This document shows positions 34,930 to 38,462 of a stretch of DNA of 38,462 nucleotides, piece by piece. Under the pieces are notes generated by a model. That model did no database searches, was not told the DNA's origin, and saw only the letters and a list, made by a program, of their open reading frames with translations. The stretch's first letter is position 1; each line of letters begins with the position of its first letter. The stretch is from a virus (lineage: Duplodnaviria > Caudoviricetes): positions 1 to 38,462 of IMG/VR virus record IMGVR_UViG_3300020045_002418; one strand, 5' to 3'. Both the position numbers and the translations under genes were made by a program.

Positions 34930-35175
34930 TTAGAAATCCATTGTTGCCAGTTCGTCGCGCATCATGATTTTTTCGTAAGCGTCAAAGTTGCGTTCGACAA
35001 CGTTGGCAAAGTTGATTTTGTTCTTTTTTGCTGGTGTGAGTTCAATTTCCATCGCTTCGTTATCCAACAATGCGAGCAGTGCGCGTGCAGCTTCTTTGTT
35101 TCCTTTTTTGAACTCGGCAGAGGCTGCGATGTTGATCTGTTCTGCGATTGCGAGGATTGATTCGTTGTGTGTCAT
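34930..35175 (-). CDS. Hypothetical protein (stand-alone cassette)
   Basis: 81 aa with its own promoter (35209-35219), RBS aagga and terminator. Confidence 0.7.
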   Translation of the reverse strand: MTHNESILAIAEQINIAASAEFKKGNKEAARALLALLDNEAMEIELTPAKKNKINFANVVERNFDAYEKIMMRDELATMDF

Positions 35176-35286
35176 TTTTTTCCTTTAGGTTTCTGTGTTG
35201 ATGTCTCTATTGTAGCGCAAAAACAGCCATGCAACCATTTATTTGAATTTAATCCTATAATTCGCACAATTAATTAAGGTTTATTC

Positions 35287-36621
35287 ATGGAAAATCAAAA
35301 AAGAGGACGGGGCCGTCCGCGTAAAGATGTTGCAATACGTAACGACGGACCGTATTTAAATGTGTTCGCCAGCGTCGGCAATAGCAAAGACCGCAGCTCA
35401 TACACTACCGCAGGCGTGCCTCGAATCCTTGATTTTCAAGAGCTGGAAAACCTATACCAAGGTAACGGCTTCGCCCGTCGCATTATCGACTTGCCAGCGT
35501 CTGATATGGTGCGAGCATCGTTTGAAATTGATGGAGTCGAGGATTGTGAACCTATCCTAGCTGAGCTAGAAGGCATTAATATGATGCCTAAGCTCTGTGA
35601 TGCTATCAAGTGGTCTAGCCTGTACGGCGGGGCTTTAGTTGTCATGCTGGTCAACGACGGTGGCATGATGGAGGATGATCTAGTCCCTGAGCGGGCTAAG
35701 TCGTTGGAGCAGTTGCGCGTCTATGACCGCCACCAAGTCACACGGCACAAAAAGTACACAGACCCAAGTGACATGCGTTTCGGTGGCACTGAGCTTTACA
35801 TGATCTCGCCTTTGGAGGGTTCGCCTTACGTGGTGCATGAGTCGCGCTGTCTGGTATTTGATGGCGTCTCAGTGCCTGACCGTACCCGCGCTATTAATGA
35901 TGGCTGGGGGGCTAGTGTGCTGCAACAATGCGCCGATCAGTTGACCCGCTTTGGTATGTCTCATATTTGGGCTAACTCGTTGGTAGAGCGGGCGCAACAG
36001 GCGGTTCATGGCATTCCTGATCTGACAAACACACTACGCGCACCCGGCGGTGAGGCATTGGTTCGACAGCGTATTGACTTGGTTGACATGGCTAGGTCTA
36101 TCAATAACACAGTGGTCATTGATGCTGTTGAGAGCTACGATCTAAAGTCAACCTCACTCACTGGCGTGCCTGACCTTATCGACCGCTTTGCGCTGGCTTT
36201 ATCGGCTGTTACCGGTATTCCTGAGTCATTGCTATTTGGCAAGGCTACGGGCGGGTTAACGGCGTCTGGCGGCAATGATCTGGAAAACTGGTATTCCAAG
36301 GTAAGCCAGTTGCAAGAGACGATTCTTTTGCCCGCTGTTGATAAGTTGTGCGCCATTCAAATGCACATCATGGGCCGGTATGTCGAGGATTATCAGATTG
36401 AGTTTAAGTCTCTTTTTATGCCTTCTGAAAAGGAAGAGGCAGAGATTGAAAAGCTAGAGGCAGAAGCTAAGAAGATCAAAGCCGATACCCATAACATCTA
36501 TATCACTGCCGGAGCACTTGACCCTTCGGAGTTGCGTAAGATGCTGGCAGAAGATGAAGATTACATGATCGATAATGTTGATCTAATGCCTGAATTGCCA
36601 GATGCTCAAATGGGTGAGTAA
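35287..36621 (+). CDS. Portal protein (DUF1073-type)
   Basis: 'LY..NGFARRIIDLPA.DM.R', 'LYGG', 'VHESRCLVF', 'GIPESLLFG...GL.ASG..DLENWY'; follows terminase. Confidence 0.9.
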   Translation: MENQKRGRGRPRKDVAIRNDGPYLNVFASVGNSKDRSSYTTAGVPRILDFQELENLYQGNGFARRIIDLPASDMVRASFEIDGVEDCEPILAELEGINMMPKLCDAIKWSSLYGGALVVMLVNDGGMMEDDLVPERAKSLEQLRVYDRHQVTRHKKYTDPSDMRFGGTELYMISPLEGSPYVVHESRCLVFDGVSVPDRTRAINDGWGASVLQQCADQLTRFGMSHIWANSLVERAQQAVHGIPDLTNTLRAPGGEALVRQRIDLVDMARSINNTVVIDAVESYDLKSTSLTGVPDLIDRFALALSAVTGIPESLLFGKATGGLTASGGNDLENWYSKVSQLQETILLPAVDKLCAIQMHIMGRYVEDYQIEFKSLFMPSEKEEAEIEKLEAEAKKIKADTHNIYITAGALDPSELRKMLAEDEDYMIDNVDLMPELPDAQMGE

Positions 36622-37433
36622 TGGCAAAGAAAACCACATTCAACAATCCTGACACTGTAGAGCGTGAATATACGCGGGAGCTAGTCAGGTATTCAAAGAA
36701 GCTGCAAAGCGATATAAACGCCGTTGTATTGCCTGCAATTGGCAGCATGAAACGCCAGTTAGATAATGAGCTCAAGACTGACGGATGGCTTGACGAATTG
36801 GCCGCTCTGTTGCTTGAATTGGCTAACTTATCTCTTGGCCATAGCTCTATCGTTGTGCGTAAGCTACCGGGCTATTTTGAGGCCATGAGCAAGTTTAACG
36901 AGGGGCAGTTTAAGCTAGTGGTCAAGGCTAACACCGGCCTAGACTTGCCACCTGTGATGCAAGGTGCGCCATCATCGTCTATTCTTGGTGTTAATGTGTT
37001 TCGCAGTGAGCCATATCTAAAGCCGTTGGCTGAAGCGTGGGTGAGCGAAAACACCGCCTTGATTAAGTCACTTCCCACAAAATTACACCCTGAAATTGAA
37101 GGCATTATCCGGCGTGGCGTGATGGCCGGTACTTCAGTTCGTGACTTGCAAAACCAGATTAAGGAGCGTTACGGGGTGACTGATTACCGGGCGCGGTTGA
37201 TAGCTCAAGATCAGGTCTTGAAGGGTAATGCTGATCTCACTAGATACCGGCTACAGTCGGTAGGAATTCGAGAGTATTTTTGGAGGACGGTCCAAGATAG
37301 CCGCGTCCGCCCTGATCACGTAGAGCGCAATGGAAAGCTGTTTACATGGGATAAACCGCCGCCAGACGGGCATCCCGGTCATCCAGTGCGGTGTCGCTGT
37401 AGGGCTGAGGCAGTTTGGGATGAGGAGCTTTAG
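36621..37433 (+). CDS. Minor head / head morphogenesis protein (Mu gpF / SPP1 gp7 family)
   Basis: 'RARLIAQDQ', 'YFWRTVQDSRVRPDH', 'HPGHPVRCRCRA'. Confidence 0.9.
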   Translation: MAKKTTFNNPDTVEREYTRELVRYSKKLQSDINAVVLPAIGSMKRQLDNELKTDGWLDELAALLLELANLSLGHSSIVVRKLPGYFEAMSKFNEGQFKLVVKANTGLDLPPVMQGAPSSSILGVNVFRSEPYLKPLAEAWVSENTALIKSLPTKLHPEIEGIIRRGVMAGTSVRDLQNQIKERYGVTDYRARLIAQDQVLKGNADLTRYRLQSVGIREYFWRTVQDSRVRPDHVERNGKLFTWDKPPPDGHPGHPVRCRCRAEAVWDEEL

Positions 37434-37786
37434 TTTCCTGTTGCTTTAGCGATGGCTGAACGGGCTTCGTTCATAAGATCAGCACTTATAAAGAACATGC
37501 TTCTTCCTTGATTATCTTTTGCTCCACATCGCCGGCCATCTGATTCTTGCCACTCCATTGATGCAAGATCGGAAATAAGTTGTAGGCACTCTAGCAAGTC
37601 TGGTGCTGCCATTGTCATCAATATAGTAGATTCTTTTTCATCTTCGCTTACATCTTTATCGAATTGAAAGTTAAAAGAAAACCTATTTTTAAATTGCTCA
37701 ATGCCTTTTCGCCATTCATGGTGCATCAATGAATAGATGGTCGTATTTACTATAAGCCAAGTACCAGGAGTGTGTTTTGTTTCCAT
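37430..37786 (-). CDS. Hypothetical phage protein (HTPG.W...AAPDLLE family)
   Basis: 'KHTPGTW...AAPDLLECL...ARSAIAKATG'; own promoter at 37813-37823. Confidence 0.75.
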   Translation of the reverse strand: METKHTPGTWLIVNTTIYSLMHHEWRKGIEQFKNRFSFNFQFDKDVSEDEKESTILMTMAAPDLLECLQLISDLASMEWQESDGRRCGAKDNQGRSMFFISADLMNEARSAIAKATGN

Positions 37787-37890
37787 TATTTATCCTTTGT
37801 TGTTAAGCCTTAATTGTAGCTCAAAGCAACCAGCAAACACAATGTAAAAAATAAAAAGTTTGCATGAAATTTCACTCTGTTTTTGTGTTA

Positions 37891-37919
37891 TTGCAATGCA
37901 ATTTTTTTATAGTTATAAT
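37891..37919 (+). promoter_or_regulatory. Sigma70 promoter for head genes (leaderless)
   Basis: TTGCAA-17 nt-TATAAT; ATG at 37928 is 8 nt downstream with no Shine-Dalgarno. Confidence 0.75.
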
Positions 37920-37927
37920 CCGCTTAC

Positions 37928-38462
37928 ATGGAAACAACACGCTACGACTTTACGCCTATCAAGGCTGAGCTGACCAAAGACGGCTATCTACTCGATAGCC
38001 CAATCGTGGCGCGTGTTGGCATCCAAACTTACATGAATGCCGATGGCTCGGTTCGAAAAGAACTGAGACTGCCTGAAGATGTTTTTGATGCTGAGTCGCT
38101 TTCCTCCTTTGCGGGAAAGCCACTTACTGATGACCATCCTAGCGAAGCCGTAAGTTCTAAGAACTTCAAAAAGTACGCCATTGGGGTGATGACTGGCCCA
38201 GCTTACCAAGACGCTGACAATGTTCGCGTGCCTTTGATTTTGCATGACGCTGAAGCGGTTGATAAGGCCATTAAAGGCGGTAAGCGTGAGCTTTCAGTAG
38301 GCTATTCTGTCGTTCTGGATGAAACACCGGGCGTATATCAAGGCGAGGCTTATTCGGCCCGTCAAACCAAGATTCGGGTTAACCACTTATCCCTAGTAAA
38401 ACGGGGACGTGCTGGTAATGCCCGTTTAACCCTTGACAATGCCTATTGTCAAGTTTCTGAAA
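37928..38462 (+). CDS. Prohead protease/scaffold (DUF2213), truncated by the window end; not in ORF track
   Basis: METTRYD...DGYL...ARVGIQTY...RLPEDVFD.ESLSSF.GKPLTDDHP...RELSVGY...NHLSLVKRGRAG; no stop before the window end. Confidence 0.9.
   Translation, partial: METTRYDFTPIKAELTKDGYLLDSPIVARVGIQTYMNADGSVRKELRLPEDVFDAESLSSFAGKPLTDDHPSEAVSSKNFKKYAIGVMTGPAYQDADNVRVPLILHDAEAVDKAIKGGKRELSVGYSVVLDETPGVYQGEAYSARQTKIRVNHLSLVKRGRAGNARLTLDNAYCQVSE

Larger units (their letters stand above)
15246..37823. promoter_or_regulatory. Dispersed promoter motif TGNG(C/G)(T/C)ACA(A/C)T, 10 gene-facing copies
   Basis: Minus strand at 15246, 16524, 22353, 24308, 28119, 28368, 29122, 35209 and 37813; plus strand at 31852 (each 11 bp). 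Each precedes a (T/C)(C/T)AAC-containing leader, an AGG-type RBS and a gene start. Confidence 0.75.

Noticed and set aside
35287-36621. Anti-CBASS Acb1 label sometimes attached to DUF1073 proteins
   Set aside because: Size, motifs and position between terminase and minor head protein indicate a portal; I saw no 2H phosphoesterase HxT pair.
330-38245. Numerous antisense and alternate-frame ORFs in the track (e.g. 330-836, 2900-3451, 29947-30348, 37988-38245)
   Set aside because: They are shadows of well-supported genes on the opposite strand or in another frame.

Overview
The window is a large part of a tailed dsDNA bacteriophage genome with a contractile tail (myovirus morphology). It reads as circularly permuted: it starts at the tail sheath gene and ends inside the prohead protease gene, so the major capsid and neck genes are outside the window. 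Order: tail and baseplate (+, 18-10334), tailspike (10335-12131), lysis cassette (12186-13728), a long leftward early/middle region (13757-29132) with recombination, nucleotide-metabolism and helicase-methyltransferase genes, then rightward primase-helicase, a likely origin, terminase, portal, minor head protein and protease. I saw no integrase, DNA polymerase, canonical tRNA or CRISPR array. The most unusual element is a ~700-nt non-coding, densely base-paired minus-strand locus inside the baseplate operon (5975-6670). It has tandem cloverleaf domains joined by overlapping ATCAA/TTGAT stems and ends in a C4-type RNA with an encoded 3' CCA. Other points of note: a -1 frameshifted tail chaperone, about ten TGNG(C/G)(T/C)ACA(A/C)T promoter cassettes, leaderless structural-gene starts, a pseudoknotted 5' UTR, and a G-rich iteron origin. 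Family assignments come from recalled motifs and gene order, not database searches.
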